A DNA stretch of 64,000 nt from Pseudovirgaria hyperparasitica (GCA_010093815.1 ML996565.1), one strand, 5' to 3'; counted from the first letter of the stretch, positions 12,123 to 25,047 are shown. Notes: a model not told the origin generated them from the letters alone. Numbers and translations: made by a program.

Positions 12123-13414
12123 TTAGGGGGCATGTTGAAGCGTCTATTTGCAGCCTATCCGCGACCCCTTCCACACCACAGTCGCTTGCATTTTCCTTTA
12201 TTCCCACTTGTCCTTGGGACGTTCTCTGCAACCGTTTATGCAGCCTCAATCAATTGTTTCTATTGATCTTCAAAAAATGTCGTCGGCACTAGCATTGCTG
12301 GCAAGGACAGCTCACCTCGCATGCAGTTGAAGGGGTCTCGACAAAGCGCGGGAGCAATCCCGCCTTCATCCTCCTCCCACATCAACAAACGTAGCCTCGC
12401 CAGTCATCGTGACTGCTAATGACCATCAAACACGATTCTTGTCGCGGGAAACAGAGAGCAAACCATATCAGCATCTGCGTGCATCCGGTTGAGCTTTCAT
12501 CAACGCCCTTTTTACCCGCCTATCGAGTAACGAGACATCCGCACCCACGGCAGCGGCTGGTAATCTCTCGCCCATAACAATGTCACATAACAATGCCTTG
12601 AAGGGTGCAACGTAGCAGTAGTCACCAATGCTTTGTCAAAACCATGTCTTGGAAGCTGTGATGGTTTCGCAAACGCTTTGATGTTGGACTATCACCCTGG
12701 GTGCACAGAGCTGGCGACATGCCTCGAATTTTGACGTTTTGTCTTTCTTGTCCAAGTGACGGCCCGGCCCATCCATCCATTTGGACCCGGAGCGGTGGAT
12801 GGCCTCAAAACGTGCGAACAGGTCATACTCTATTCCTCTCTGGGAGTACTACTCCAGTATGCGCCTCCATGCCCTCACCCCCCCTCCCCTCTCCCTCGAC
12901 CCCTCTGGAATACTGCCCCTCTAGACACGTCCAAGCTGCAGCCCCTTCAATGACTTGCGTTGGTGCTCTACGGGACCCGCTCACCAGTCTGATGACTCTG
13001 CCGGCAACTAACTTGCATCAGGTAGCACTGCGCTTAATCTTGATACCAGTGTATTCTCCGATGAAGCCTCTATGTTCCATGGAGCTAACTCTTTAGCTTG
13101 TATAAGTATCCAGCCCTTTTCGGTGTTGCGTCTGTCCTGGCCCTGCATCGCCTTTACTACAGCTGCCCAATTCGTATCAGGATTCTTACAAGCCTGCCTT
13201 GGGTTTACTTTCTGTCAACCGAGATCTGCGTCCCCATCACATTCCATCTGCCTTGGTTCTGCGTCTTTCCCGTTACTCCCAAGTCCCTCAAGACACCCTT
13301 ATAATAAGTGGCTGCTGCTCGTGTGCTAAGCAGACCCTCGGCTTAGACTTTTACAAACAGAGGCCTGATCCTAGTCGTTGCTACTCAGGTACACTCGCTT
13401 GTTTTCAAGGCACT

Positions 13415-13931
13415 ATGGCTCAAGCACGACCCAGCTCCTGGCAAGAGAAGCTTAGGGGTAAGCACGCTGCATCCTTAATACACACTCTATAAAAGTCTTC
13501 AGTCTCTAAGCATCCTGATCAGGTCACTGTCAACAGTTGGGCTATCGTCCTCCTGTTTGGAATGAGGTTTCTGACCGTCGAGGTGAGCTTTCCCCCCTAC
13601 ATCTCCTAGAAACCGCGCAGAATCTGCATTCCCATGGATCAGACACGACCTCGACCGCCGCCTTCATCTGTGTCTGTCGAGAAATGAAGACGATGACCAT
13701 TAGCCACTAACAATGTGCTTCCCTGTAGGTGGACGCACGGCTTGGTCAAGCGTTGTGACAGTCCAGGGCGAACCCATTCCAGCACGCTACTGGTACGATG
13801 GCCAATATGTCGAGAACGCACGAGAAGACGCAGCTGAAGTTGCTCTACAACGGCTTGGAGCAACAAACGGACCACTGTCTCCAGAGCAAAGACTGTACGG
13901 CGGCTTGAGTCCCGGGGGCTCAGAAACCTAA
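13415..13931 (+). CDS. Small double-stranded-RNA-binding-motif (dsRBD/DRBM-like) protein, 3 coding exons
   Basis: Exons 13415-13457, 13523-13582 and 13729-13931 give MAQARPSSWQEKLRGHCQQLGYRPPVWNEVSDRRGGRTAWSSVVTVQGEPIPARYWYDGQYVENAREDAAEVALQRLG. This has the alpha-beta-beta-beta-alpha pattern with an A.E.AAE.AL C-terminal helix; splice sites are canonical. Confidence 0.8.
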
Positions 13932-14641
13932 TTCTGGCTCGACGAGCTCGGCATCACCACGATATGATGACCTGGACAAACAACAATTGAGGAAGGGAGC
14001 GATGGCGTATGGCGAAAAAGATCTAGGGATGATGGTGCTATCTGGTTGTTTGCGTGTGTGCTACTTTCCACCGTGCATATGCATGTGGACGAGGTCGCAC
14101 AACATTATGATTTCCCTTTACGTTTTTTGTTCTTCTTCATTGTGCACTCACGGCTGCTTGCTATCATATTGTTCTACAACTGTAGGGCTGGTAGTGCGGC
14201 GTCCGAGGCCACAAAGACTAAGTCGTTGGGGACCTGGTACATTGGATGACTGAACAGAGAATTTTTTTTGGCTTCTTTATGTCTTTCTTACTATGCGAAC
14301 TGCGTTGAAAGGAAACGGGAGACTTGAGGGCACTTTAAATGTACGATGGAGACGTGTAAAAGTTGAATATTGATACCACTATTAACCGCCGTCGCCTGTC
14401 TTTCTACGGAAGCAATGAAGTGACCACGATGACTGACCGTTAGCTATACATCCAAGCAGGACGATATCGCCAAGCTTGCTCTCGCCCCAAAGTCAAATTA
14501 ACACTACACAAACTGACCCTTCCCAGAGGTCACCATCTCCACGTTGCGAGGAGCTTTCAAAATCAAGACTCTCTCAAGCGAGGAGTCCTCTTACACGAAA
14601 GCCTGCTAAAATACAACCTGCTCGCTCACTCTTGTCTACAG

Positions 14642-14847
14642 CAGCCAGCTCACCGTACGGTGGCGTAGCTGTAGTTCGCGGTCAGCGAAAGAGCCTGATA
14701 CCGTACCTTGCATACGCCAGCTCACAACGCTCTCGAAGCGGTATCTGGGGGCGTAAAGGACTGCTGCGCTGGCGCGATGGCGCGCATGGACTGCTCTGTC
14801 GCACAAAGCACTGCTGGGGCGATCATTACGCTGTGGTGCGCTGGCTG
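14642..14847. ncRNA. Candidate structured RNA or fold-back element (unassigned)
   Basis: Terminal complementarity cagccagc(t)cacc / ggtg(c)gctggctg encloses several hairpins. No known RNA family motif recognised. Confidence 0.25.
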
Positions 14848-17800
14848 ACATCCTGACATCCTTGCTGGGACTTGGATTATGGTGCAGTGAAACAAACGAA
14901 ATACGAGAGCGATAAACGGTATATTTCCAATCATCTATCTAGACAGCGCGGTTGTATTCCGGCTACTGGGACAACATCTTAGGCGCAAAAAAAAGCATTA
15001 GAAAGCGAGAATTTGAACTATTTGCAATCGAGGAAAATCATCGTCGGTGCTCCCACTTTTGCCCTCCAGGAGCCCGTCCAGTGAGACATCTGTCAGCAGG
15101 ACTTTCTAACATTCTGTTCCTGCATCCCGGGAACGGCCATCACATCATCCGGTTCTCGCGAATCAAAGTCTCGAACGTGCTACTCTTCCGGCACATCTTC
15201 CAGGGTAGCACGACTCCGTAGCTAAAATCCAGGGCTCCAGCTACTGGGATTGAGAACACGAGGGAGATTTTATAGCCGCTACTTCAAATCTCTTCACTTC
15301 GACCCCACTGGATCACTCCAATCCGCTCGCCTATCAGATTGCGTGTCGAGGCATGTTGTCGTCACAGGCGGCAATCAGTCACGTCGGGCCAGAGTCTCGG
15401 GACATGGAGCGAACCTCAAGTGTTGAACTTGTTTCTCAGGCAGAAACGTACGTACGACAGGGATAAGGTCAGGAAAGACTGCTTCTTCCTCAAGGAAGGG
15501 AGTCACCCATCTGAATGCAAACAAATCTATGGACACACAACACATTATGATACCTGACTGCGGGGCTTACATATGCGGTACCCACGGCATCCCTCGGCTT
15601 ACACACCGACTGTATATGGGCTCTCATTGCCTACTGTAGCGGACAGTGTCGCGAACGACCACCACGCTCGCCGCCAGTGACACTTCCCCTTGCAACTACC
15701 AGCAGCCTCCCCAACCTATAAGCTATGCCCCTTTTGCTTCTTAATCCCACAGCCGGCAACCGCTCTTTACGCGGGCTCACTTGATCGCCCAACGCTTTCT
15801 TTGTCGAGGCTTGAATCCGCAGGCCAACCCCACGACAGCCATATGCAATGCTACGCCCATACGATGGCCTACTCCTCCTTCCAGCCTAGGCCTTGCGTCT
15901 TTTCTGCACGCTAGAAGCGCAGCCTCGCAGGCGGACATGCGTCAACCAGCCTTGCCTGGCGAGGGAGCCGCCGACGAGGCCGACGAGGCCGCGATGCTGC
16001 GCTGGCCACCGCGTCGTTGTTCCACCGTCAGAATCCACAACAAGCCGCCCATCCGCCATCCATCGAGCATCCATCCAAGATGCACACAGACGTCAACGCC
16101 AAATCCAGGCTTCTCCAGCACCCAGAGACCCCACGGCCGGTGGGACCCCCCCTCGACATGCACCAAAAACTGCGAGCAACGGCAGTGGCGTGGCATATAT
16201 GTATGCACGCAGCAGATGGGGCAGAAAACAAGAGATAAATCGCACAGGACGAGGCTGACCCGAACGCTAACGCTGACACTGCTGATGGGTGTTTGCTGAT
16301 GCTGAATGCTTGAATTGCTGATGACGCTGGATGCTGAATGCTGGAGCGTCGTTCGGCACACGAGCTCGGACACCAGCGCAAATTCTGGTTCGGCCTTGGG
16401 TGCTCCCGCTGCAGCCCGTGCGCTAGACGGCGGGCCATTGGGCGGGAGAGGCCCGCGAAAGGCCCGGCGTTGCTGATTCGGGCATGGGTCGGAGGGTTTT
16501 GTTGATACGGGCCAGGGCACTGGGGCAGATGGGACCGTGGGCTGGGTGACCGCCCTTTTGATGGATGGATTTATCGATCGTGCCTCGTGGGACGGGAGGT
16601 GAGGGTCTTACGATCGCGACCTTCTGGAAGGCTCGGTAACATGTTCTTCGAAAATGATGGTTTGGAGGGTGGTGATGTATACTGTGTACACGCTTGGGAC
16701 CGACTCGATGCTAACAGAGCATAGCTTGCCAATTGCTCGTAACATGCTTCCTACGACTTCGTCATCCTATGAGGATGGATTGATTATACTGCATATTTGA
16801 TGGCAGGTCTGCAGCTCGACGTACCATACTCCACGGACGCAGATCTCACATCCGCGATCCAGTCACCATCCTCCTTCTCTGCAGTCAGTTCGAAGTCGTC
16901 TCTTGAATCCATGGTCCAGTCGAGCAACCAATCAAGCCCCTATACAGAAGCAAGGTTATCACCCTTGTTCCCGCATACGACATCAGTAAGCTATGCTCTC
17001 CCCACGTCCGAGCCGGCACTGTGCGTCATAATTCGCGCGAATCGCAACATCTACACACCAGGGAATCCGAGTGTTGGCGGAAAGACCCGAAAAGAGATCT
17101 GATCACGGAGACCAGATGTCGTACGAGAGTGGTCCTGGGCACGGCTGGGCCCTGAGCTCTAGGTCGGTGTGGCTTGCTGGTCGGTGGTATTCGTTCTGGG
17201 TGCGGCGCAGTGCTAGATGCGTAGTTTATCGACCAAGTTCGGTGGTCGAGGAAGTCCTGAAGAAAGAGCATTTTGTACCGGAACCATCACTGCAAGAGTC
17301 GTGCTCTACAGAAAAAAAGGTTTCAACAAGAGAGCGCTCAATGTTAGACGACACCACAAACTGGCAGAACACCATTGCCAATCGACAGGGCCGTCCACAA
17401 AGCGAAAAGAAGCGGGCTGTAATAACACTGCGGTAGCGAACCACAGACTGGAAAGAGTATGCAATAAGAGACTAAGAACTTTCGTGTCAGAGAGGAACGG
17501 AAGTTATACGCAATCCTAAGATACACGGTGTACAAGCCAAGAGGTGTTCGTGCACGATACAATACGCTCGATTAGCAAGCTCTAAGCAGGTTGCGGTCTA
17601 CATGGACCAGCTCCTTAACTTTCGAGTTTGGTCAGTGGTCAGGATGCGACCTATTGACGCCGCTTAGTGTAAGTCAAGCATAGCTTTAGCTATTGATCTC
17701 CTCGAAATTCACCTATGTACCATCCAGTGGCAGTCGCTCACTCCACACTCGGGACAAATCATAGCCCACTCGTTCTGTCAACGCCCTTTCGATTTCCCAA

Positions 17801-19027
17801 GATTTTCTGTGCCCGCGCCACAACGAAAGCGTAGCTGACCATGGCCATTGCAGAGCCCTTCCGACCGCATGTTTCCAAAACGTTTGTTAGGTGATTCACC
17901 TCAGTGTCTATCGCACACCTTACCAATGGCCTTCCTGACGATGGACAACACATATGTTACGCAACAGCTCCGCTAGCCACCAACATGCTTCCAGAACCGC
18001 GCACATTCGAGTGTTATAGGACGTTGCAAAGCTACCACAACGGTCATTCTCGATCAATTGAATGACTGTTTTCCTTCAGAGCTCAGGCGAGCGTCAAGAG
18101 TTGGAAGATCTGGCTACTATGAAATGGAAACCTCGAGATCTAGGAACATGAACAAGGATGTACAAAGTCTTTCGAGGATATGATCTTAGTCGCGACGACT
18201 CATAAACCACAACGTGGAAGAGCTGATGGACCGAAGAGAGTGAGGATGGGGAGGCGGAAGCAAATACCGGAAGCCTGAATATCGACTTCGCGCGGTCGCT
18301 GCTTCCAATGGCATATTCAATTTGAGCATTCGAGCATTAAGAGATGTATGTCTGTTGCGATGTATCGAGATTGTTACTAACGAGGGGTCTTACTAGTTGT
18401 AAGCGGTATCTGATATCCGGATGCGTCGAACTCTGGGTCTTGAGAGGCGCGCGAACCATCCTTCTCTTCGCAAACCCTTGTTACTCCTCCCTGTTGCGAC
18501 GATGCTTGGCTTTTCTCCTGGACGAAACTGGCATCTGGACGGCGAGCTGGTAATACTTGTGGAGGCACAATGGGAAAGAGCGAGCATTGTTGTATTTGAA
18601 GTGTAGAAACGTCAGCCGTGCAGGGTGTCAGGTGCAATTGGTCCGCATTCCAGAATACAGTGGACATGGTGCGGTGCGAGACCTACCGTTGCCACACGAC
18701 AGAGATCCCATGTCGGATTCCCTCGAGCATTTAGTCAGATCGTCCGGCTGATAAATCGTCATCGGTATGTCGGGAGACCTGACGCCGTTCCATGGATCCA
18801 TACCGTTGATGTTGCAATGTTGGCCCCTGGGCTGTTCCGATTGGCCAGCTCGTCTGTTTCCTTTCCTGATCTGGTCTTAGCATTTGTGATCTTCTTCGGA
18901 GGATTGTATATGCTTGCGAAAGTATATAATCTGAGGTTCCTATGAGAAAATGGGGTTCTCGAAACCCTTTTATTTCTTACTACCGATACTTGTCCTGCCT
19001 GTAGTACTGTATTCCTTTTCTCTCATC

Positions 19028-19731
19028 ATGACTTCAAACAGCATCAACAGATCTACAGATGTGTCTAATATCGACTTCGACAACCCCGGCAAGGCAGTTG
19101 CGAGACCACACACCCTCGCCCACGTGGTTCTCTGGGCCAACGACTTCCCCAAGATGCGACAATGGTACCTCGACTTCTTCAACGCCAGTGTGTCATACGA
19201 GAACGAGATGCTCTGCTTCCTGACATACGACCACGAACATCATCGCATCGCCCTGGGAAACCGCATGCAGCCGGGAAAGCTGGCGCCCAAGGACAACACA
19301 TTCGCAGTAAGCCACCCCGACCGACACACGCACGAGAAAGTGAACAAGGTAAACGATGATGTCAGTCCGTAATAGCTCACCGCCTCTAGCACGCTGCGTT
19401 TACGTTCGCCAATCTGCCCGAGCTGTTCCTCGCTTACCGCCAGCGCTTGCAGTATGGCATCAAGCCGCACTGGTGCGTCAATCATGGACCTACGATCTCG
19501 ATGTATTATAAGGATCCCGACGGCAATCATATTGAAACGCAGGTGGATGTGTACGATACGTCTGAGGATGCCACCGCTTTCATGATGAGCGAGGAGTTTG
19601 CTGAGAACCCGATTGGCGTTGATTTTGATCCGGAGGTGCTTTTGCAGAGGATGAGGGAGGGAGAAGGGTTTGAGAGTCTGACCAGGCGTGAGAGGATTGG
19701 GAAGAGGGGGCCGGATAGTATTCCTGCTTGA
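19028..19731 (+). CDS. VOC/glyoxalase-superfamily protein (extradiol dioxygenase BphC3-like)
   Basis: LAHVVLW, FLTYDHEHHRIAL, HAAFTF, PHWCVNHGPTISMYYKDPDGNHIETQVD, FAENPIGVDFDPE. One intron of about 19307-19389 (donor position uncertain). Confidence 0.88.
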
Positions 19732-20379
19732 GCGTGATAGTGGTATTTGTGCTACGAGGTTGGTGTGTAAGTGATTCTGACGAGTTTCATAGAGGTAGGG
19801 CGTCTGGAAGATCTCGATGCTACCTTTTTTATGGCCGCGTATGCACGTCAAAATCAAGATACCCATTCAGGGAAACTACAATTCTACCCAACTCGTGTTA
19901 ATCCATGCTAGGATCCGATCAAAAAGTCTGTATAGTCTTAAGAGCTGTGATACAGCCAAAAAACGCTGTAAGGCACGAAGAAACATAGTTCTGTCAGGGG
20001 CATCCTATGGATTTCATCAATAGGTCCCACGTCATCCTTCGTTATGATAGACTTGATATGTCGTATTTCACCTTGAGTATCCCAGCGAACTAGGATATGG
20101 GCTATTGTACTGATGGAAATCTACGCTAGCCGTCGCCGTCTACCCGATTCTACCGTGTTTCAGGTTTGCTATTGTTCACTTCGAGGAGTGAACAGCACTG
20201 TCTACACCGACTCGATGACGTAAAAATCTTCCACTCGAGACCCTATAAAACCGTGGAACCCTCTTCACCGAACGAAGATTTTTTTTCTTCACCACCGGGT
20301 TGGTCACAGTTTCTTCACCTACCCTTCACAGTTTTCACACCACCACCAGGACTAATTGTCCAAAAGCCCTGTCACAGAC

Positions 20380-21405
20380 ATGGCTGACCACACCACCACC
20401 ACCTCACACGAGGACAAAAGGTCGAACAGAGTATCGAGTCTTTCACCTCTGGCGGACCCTCAAATTGACGTGTTCTAGCCTTCACAAGACGTGGCAGCTA
20501 GATCTGCACACGCACCACACCCACGTGCCCGCCGCCGCAGGACGGCACGCTCGGCGCCGTACGAGGTGCCTCGGGCCCTCACGGCAGAACGAGCCCAGAG
20601 ACGGAGGACGGAGCGAGAGGAGCGGTCCCCGCTAGAGGAAGAATACGCCGCGGTCCGGACCGCAAACCACACGGAGCTGGCCCTGCTCGAGGAATGGGCC
20701 TTTGAGATCGAGCCGGAGCTCCGGCGCCCGCACCCAACAGAGCGCTTCAAGATTTCGCCGGCTGGCATCATCACCCTTGACGGCTGGCAGGTCAAGGACG
20801 CGGCGGCGGTGGCCTTTATGGCGAGGGAGTATGCCGCCTTCACGGAGTGGTACGAGTGGAAGCGTCCGCGGTTCGCCGGCTTCGTGTTTCCGGAGATGAC
20901 GGTGGAGGCGATTCGGATGGCGATGGCGGATACCAGGGCCAGCGACGAGCCTGGCAAGCTCGTCCTGTGGACGGATGCCGGAGTCAACGGAGCCTATACG
21001 AAGGCAGCCATGGTCGCGGCGTGGAAGCGGGAGGGGGAGTGGCAGGTACAGCAGTACCATGACGTGGGATCGAAGCTGTCGAACCACGCGTATGAGGGGA
21101 ACGCCGTGGCCATGGCGTTGAATATCGCGTACGAGGAGCAGACCTTGTACTCTGCAGGTGGTGTGGTGACCTCCCAGCAGCCCGTCAGGCTGGTGAGGAT
21201 CTACACCGACAGTCAATGGGCACTGCGGGTCATACAGCAGCCTGGAGAGGAGGATTCCTTCCCCGCGCTGAGAGATGTGTGGTGCAGTGCCGAGAGACTG
21301 TCAGCCTGTGGAGTCAGGGTGGAGTTGCGGTGGGTGAAGGGGCACATTGGGGTGCTGGGGAATGAGTTGGCGGACAGGGTGGCGACCAGCATTCTCAGGA
21401 AGTAG
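20380..21405 (+). CDS. Stand-alone RNase HI-like protein
   Basis: Motifs LWTDAG, AYEGNA, IYTDSQWAL, LRWVKGH and GNELADRVA carry the D-E-D-H-D residues. ATG 20380 joins in frame through a putative 48-nt intron 20431-20478; TATAAAA at about 20244. Confidence 0.85.
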
Positions 21406-21589
21406 AGGATAGAGATTGACACCAATGAAAGCATGGTGTGTCGTGCAGCCAGCACACTGTTTGAAGATTTCGCTCTGATGGATATGCCTAATGTCGTGAT
21501 TCTCGTGCTTTGTTATGAGATTTCCATGTAGTTCATACCTCTCCTTTTCGACTTCATGAATCCACCCCCAGGATTCTCTTTTGACTAGC

Positions 21590-22180
21590 TGCCGCACGAG
21601 ATACTATACTTTTGGACATATGAGCTCTATCGTGGTACCAAGTGTATACGCTTCCGTCATCTCGTAGGGTGTTTCATGGTTCTGTTCTGCTGGATATACT
21701 ATTTCTTGCGTTTCCCATACCTACATATCAGGTTATCTCAGACCACGCAAAACAGTAAACACTATACTCGTTACCTATGTAAGCTTTGTTCTACTGCTAT
21801 AAACGTGTGAAATTTTTGCTTCCACCACCCTATTCAGAGATTCTGCTCCGATAGATCTATCTACTTTTGCGCATCATCGCACTTCTTGGGAGTTTCAGCT
21901 ACTCTATACAGTGCTGAGCTGTATTCAAAACACACAGCTTCAAAGTCGCTCTGATGTCTTAGATTATGTTTCGTCGTCCATATTCATGCATCTCTAAGTT
22001 CTTGAGTAATTGGATGACGGTGGATAGGTTATATAGCATGTACTCCAAGCATACTACTTGTCTAGAAGAGTGTTATTTTACTCTTCAAGCATCGCTTTTC
22101 AGGTATTCCTCCTCCTGGACAGGCGATTATTGACGTACCAACTGTAACATCTTACGATTCTTAGCAGCTACAAGACGAGA
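21590..22180. repeat. AT/TpA-rich RIP-like spacer
   Basis: Abrupt drop in GC after the RNase H gene, many TA/CTA/TAG words and no ORF. Confidence 0.4.
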
Positions 22181-22189
22181 AAACAGGCC

Positions 22190-23733
22190 TCACAGTTCCA
22201 CCTCCTTCAGATCCAAGAAGTCCATCATCGACTTCAGTACTTCCCCAGACGTCGCATTGACAGCCTCTTCTCTCGCCTTGCCGCTCATGACAGCGCCATT
22301 GTCTTCTAGACATCTGATCATAGCGATATTCTCCCGTTTTATAGCCTCCACAAACGCTATTTGCACGATATCCGCATCTAGTGGCCTGCTTTGCATCAGC
22401 AGCCTTACGATACTGCGTGATCCTCCCATGACTGCAGCTTTCAAGGCATGATCGAGCTCAGCCCCGTTGTCGAGGAGAAAGAACACAACTTCATCGTGGC
22501 AGTTCTGCGCAGCTTGGCTGATTGGACGATTGAATTCGCTGGCTGTATCGGGAAAGCGACCATCCATTGGACCGCCCAGTTCGATGAGGAACTTCAGCTT
22601 TTCTAGTGCTCCATCTCTCGCGGCTATGGCGACATTGTCGGGAAGCCATTTTAGCTCGTAATGAGGGATTGCGTGCTGGAGCTGCGGGAACCAGAGACGG
22701 AAGTGTGATATGCTGGTTGTCGTGGAGAGGGCCTTGATACTTAAATGAGTGAGATAGTGAGCATTGGTTGGTACGGATTCGTTCGTTTCCCAGGCTGGAT
22801 CGAGTGCTTGGCCGACGATATCATCGTGGCCTGCAGGGCCGGCGGCGTTGCAGATTATATAACGGAGGCCGGAGCTACCATGATTGAGATTTGGTCCTCC
22901 TATCAATGCTCTGACGACTTCGAGGTGACCGGCTTGGGAAGCAGCAAGAAGAGGTGTCGGAAACAGTGAGCTATATATCGATTATTAGCTCTTAGCATAG
23001 TTTGGCCGACGGAACGCACTCTTGATCCACGAAATTACTAGAAATGTATCTGTTCACGATGTCTATATCTCCTAAGTAGGCAGCTGCACTCAATAGCCAC
23101 TTCGGTGGGATCTCTGAGATGAGGGCATCGAGGCTGCAGTTTGCATTCTTATCAATCAGATCGGCATGAAAGCCGAAGAAATGTTCCCTATAATGGCCAC
23201 CTACCAATGGTAGAGCACAGAGTCTCGCTACAATCTCTCTGTACTCCTCATCGGAAAAAGAGTCCTCAAGTTGCCGGCGATGTCGGTGCCAAAGAAGCTC
23301 ACGAGCCAGATTACAAATGGCACTTAGATAAGGAGAGTACGACGTTAGTCGGCATCCTTTCTTCAGCGCCCTGTAAGCGAGGAAACCCTCGAAGAATTTG
23401 CGGTTGCGATAAAGAAGATCTCGTGCTGCCTTCTGGTCTGTCGCCTCCTGTTTTCGCTGGCGGTATAGCGCGCGCGGGCCTACGTTTGCCGGTGGCAGGG
23501 CTTGAAGTTCGCACGTTCTGGGACATTCGAGAAGAGTACTCTCGTAAATGGCATCATGCATCAGAAACGCGAATCGCTCTACCGAGAGTTAGCACGACTA
23601 GAGTAGTCCGATGTAACAAGCTTTACTCACTACAAACACATCTCAGCCGCAACGCTCTCTTCAAACCCCTCACCTGAGCAGCATAGGTCAGGATCGGCAG
23701 AAGCAACTCTGTTGGCAAGTCTGCAAGAGCCAT
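22190..23733 (-). CDS. Ankyrin-repeat protein with an N-terminal F-box-like motif
   Basis: Exon 1 MALADLPTELLLPILTYAAQVRGLKRALRLRCVC splices to RFAFLMHDAIYES. Ankyrin-like units LSAAAYLGDIDIV, TPLLAASQAGHLEVVRAL, AARDGALEKLKFLIELG, PISQAAQNCHDEVVFFLLDNGA and ALKAAVMGGSRSIVRLL; two introns. Confidence 0.85.
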
Positions 23734-24214
23734 GTTGTGTATTCTTGAGGTTCATAGAGTGAGCTTCGTGCATGATATGATGAGACGAGGAGATGTTGCC
23801 TGGAAGGACAACAGTTCGTATGTTTTAGTGGCATCACAGAAAAGCAGGCTTATGATTCGCTAGATCCGGACTAGCGTTTCAAGCAAGTTTCTAATTTTGG
23901 CTTGTGCACCCGAGCGGGGTGGGGCCTTTCCAGTCAGCCGCAATGGGATTGGCTCCACTCCTATAAATACAACCAACACTAGTTCTCACTATGCTTTACA
24001 GCTTATGGAGGTTAAATTACGATGACTGCGCTGCGAGGAGAGAAGTTCTATCGCTGTTGCCGTCTCTCGGGTTGATACATTCGGGAGATCCAATCACTGT
24101 GCTGGAAGGGACGTTGGTTGCAGGCTGCAGCTTACTTTGCCGTACTGCGACTGTATATACTCAACGGTCACATTCTCTCATTTCGTTCCTACTATCAAAC
24201 TTGGAAACAAAGCG

Positions 24215-25047
24215 ATGGCTGGAAATTCGCGAGCGATGTTGTTGCTCTTCTCTCTCTTGCTCCTCATCATCTCAGTCCTCTGCTTGTCCCTGAAATCAGC
24301 AGCCATCAATAGGTACAACACTACCACTGATCATGGACACAGCACAAGCAGCGTCCGTCTTGAGAAAGAGTTTCCGGGTCAAGACCTTCCTCTAGCGAAT
24401 TATCCAGCTGAGCTAGGCCTAAGTACATCCAACGCTCTCTTTACTGCTGCAGGCACAAGCTTAGTATCTGCTTTGGTTGTTTTCTTACTATCTGTTCGGT
24501 CTATGGTCAAACGGAAAGCGCTTCAGGTATTTTAACCTTCAAGAACTGTCTTTCACGTGTAAATATTAACCATCCAAAGCTTGTATGGTACCAGCGCAGA
24601 GCACTGACATTCGCTTTCGCTGCGAATACCATAATCGTGCTCGCTGTATGCATCTTTGTTTTCGTTCAACACAGCAAATCTGCATCCTTCTCTCTCAACT
24701 ATCGCAACTTAAATAACGATTTCGGATCTGGTGGTGTATACAACGGCGGACTCTTCGATCTCGAGGCATGGGCATGCGGTGTTGCGGATCTGGCCTCGTT
24801 CCAAGGCTATGATTGGGGTTTGAAGGACCAGTGTATGCTGGAGAGTGGCAGTCGGGCGTGCTCACTTCTTCTGGTTGTATTCGCTGCGATTGTTGCGGGG
24901 TGTGTATGGTGGGATACAAGGTACGGGAATATGGTGATCACGAATTGGAAAGGTATAGATACGGATGAGGAGTTGAGCTATGAACTATGTCGTGGGACTT
25001 TTGAGATGAGGGGAATGAAGTTTGAGGAGGATGATCACAAGGGGTAG
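24215..25047 (+). CDS. Four-TM fungal membrane protein (MARVEL-like topology)
   Basis: Four hydrophobic segments and an FDLEAWAC...C..ESGSR loop motif; intron about 24527-24579. Confidence 0.75.

Noticed and set aside
15561..15570. ggggcttac resembling the RNase MRP CR-V motif
   Set aside because: No matching GAAAGTCCCC-type CR-I found upstream.
16428..16470. Hairpin followed by GAAA, hammerhead-like
   Set aside because: The CUGAnGA core is absent.
20475..21216. Long antisense ORFs over the RNase H gene
   Set aside because: Explained by high GC and codon bias of the sense gene.
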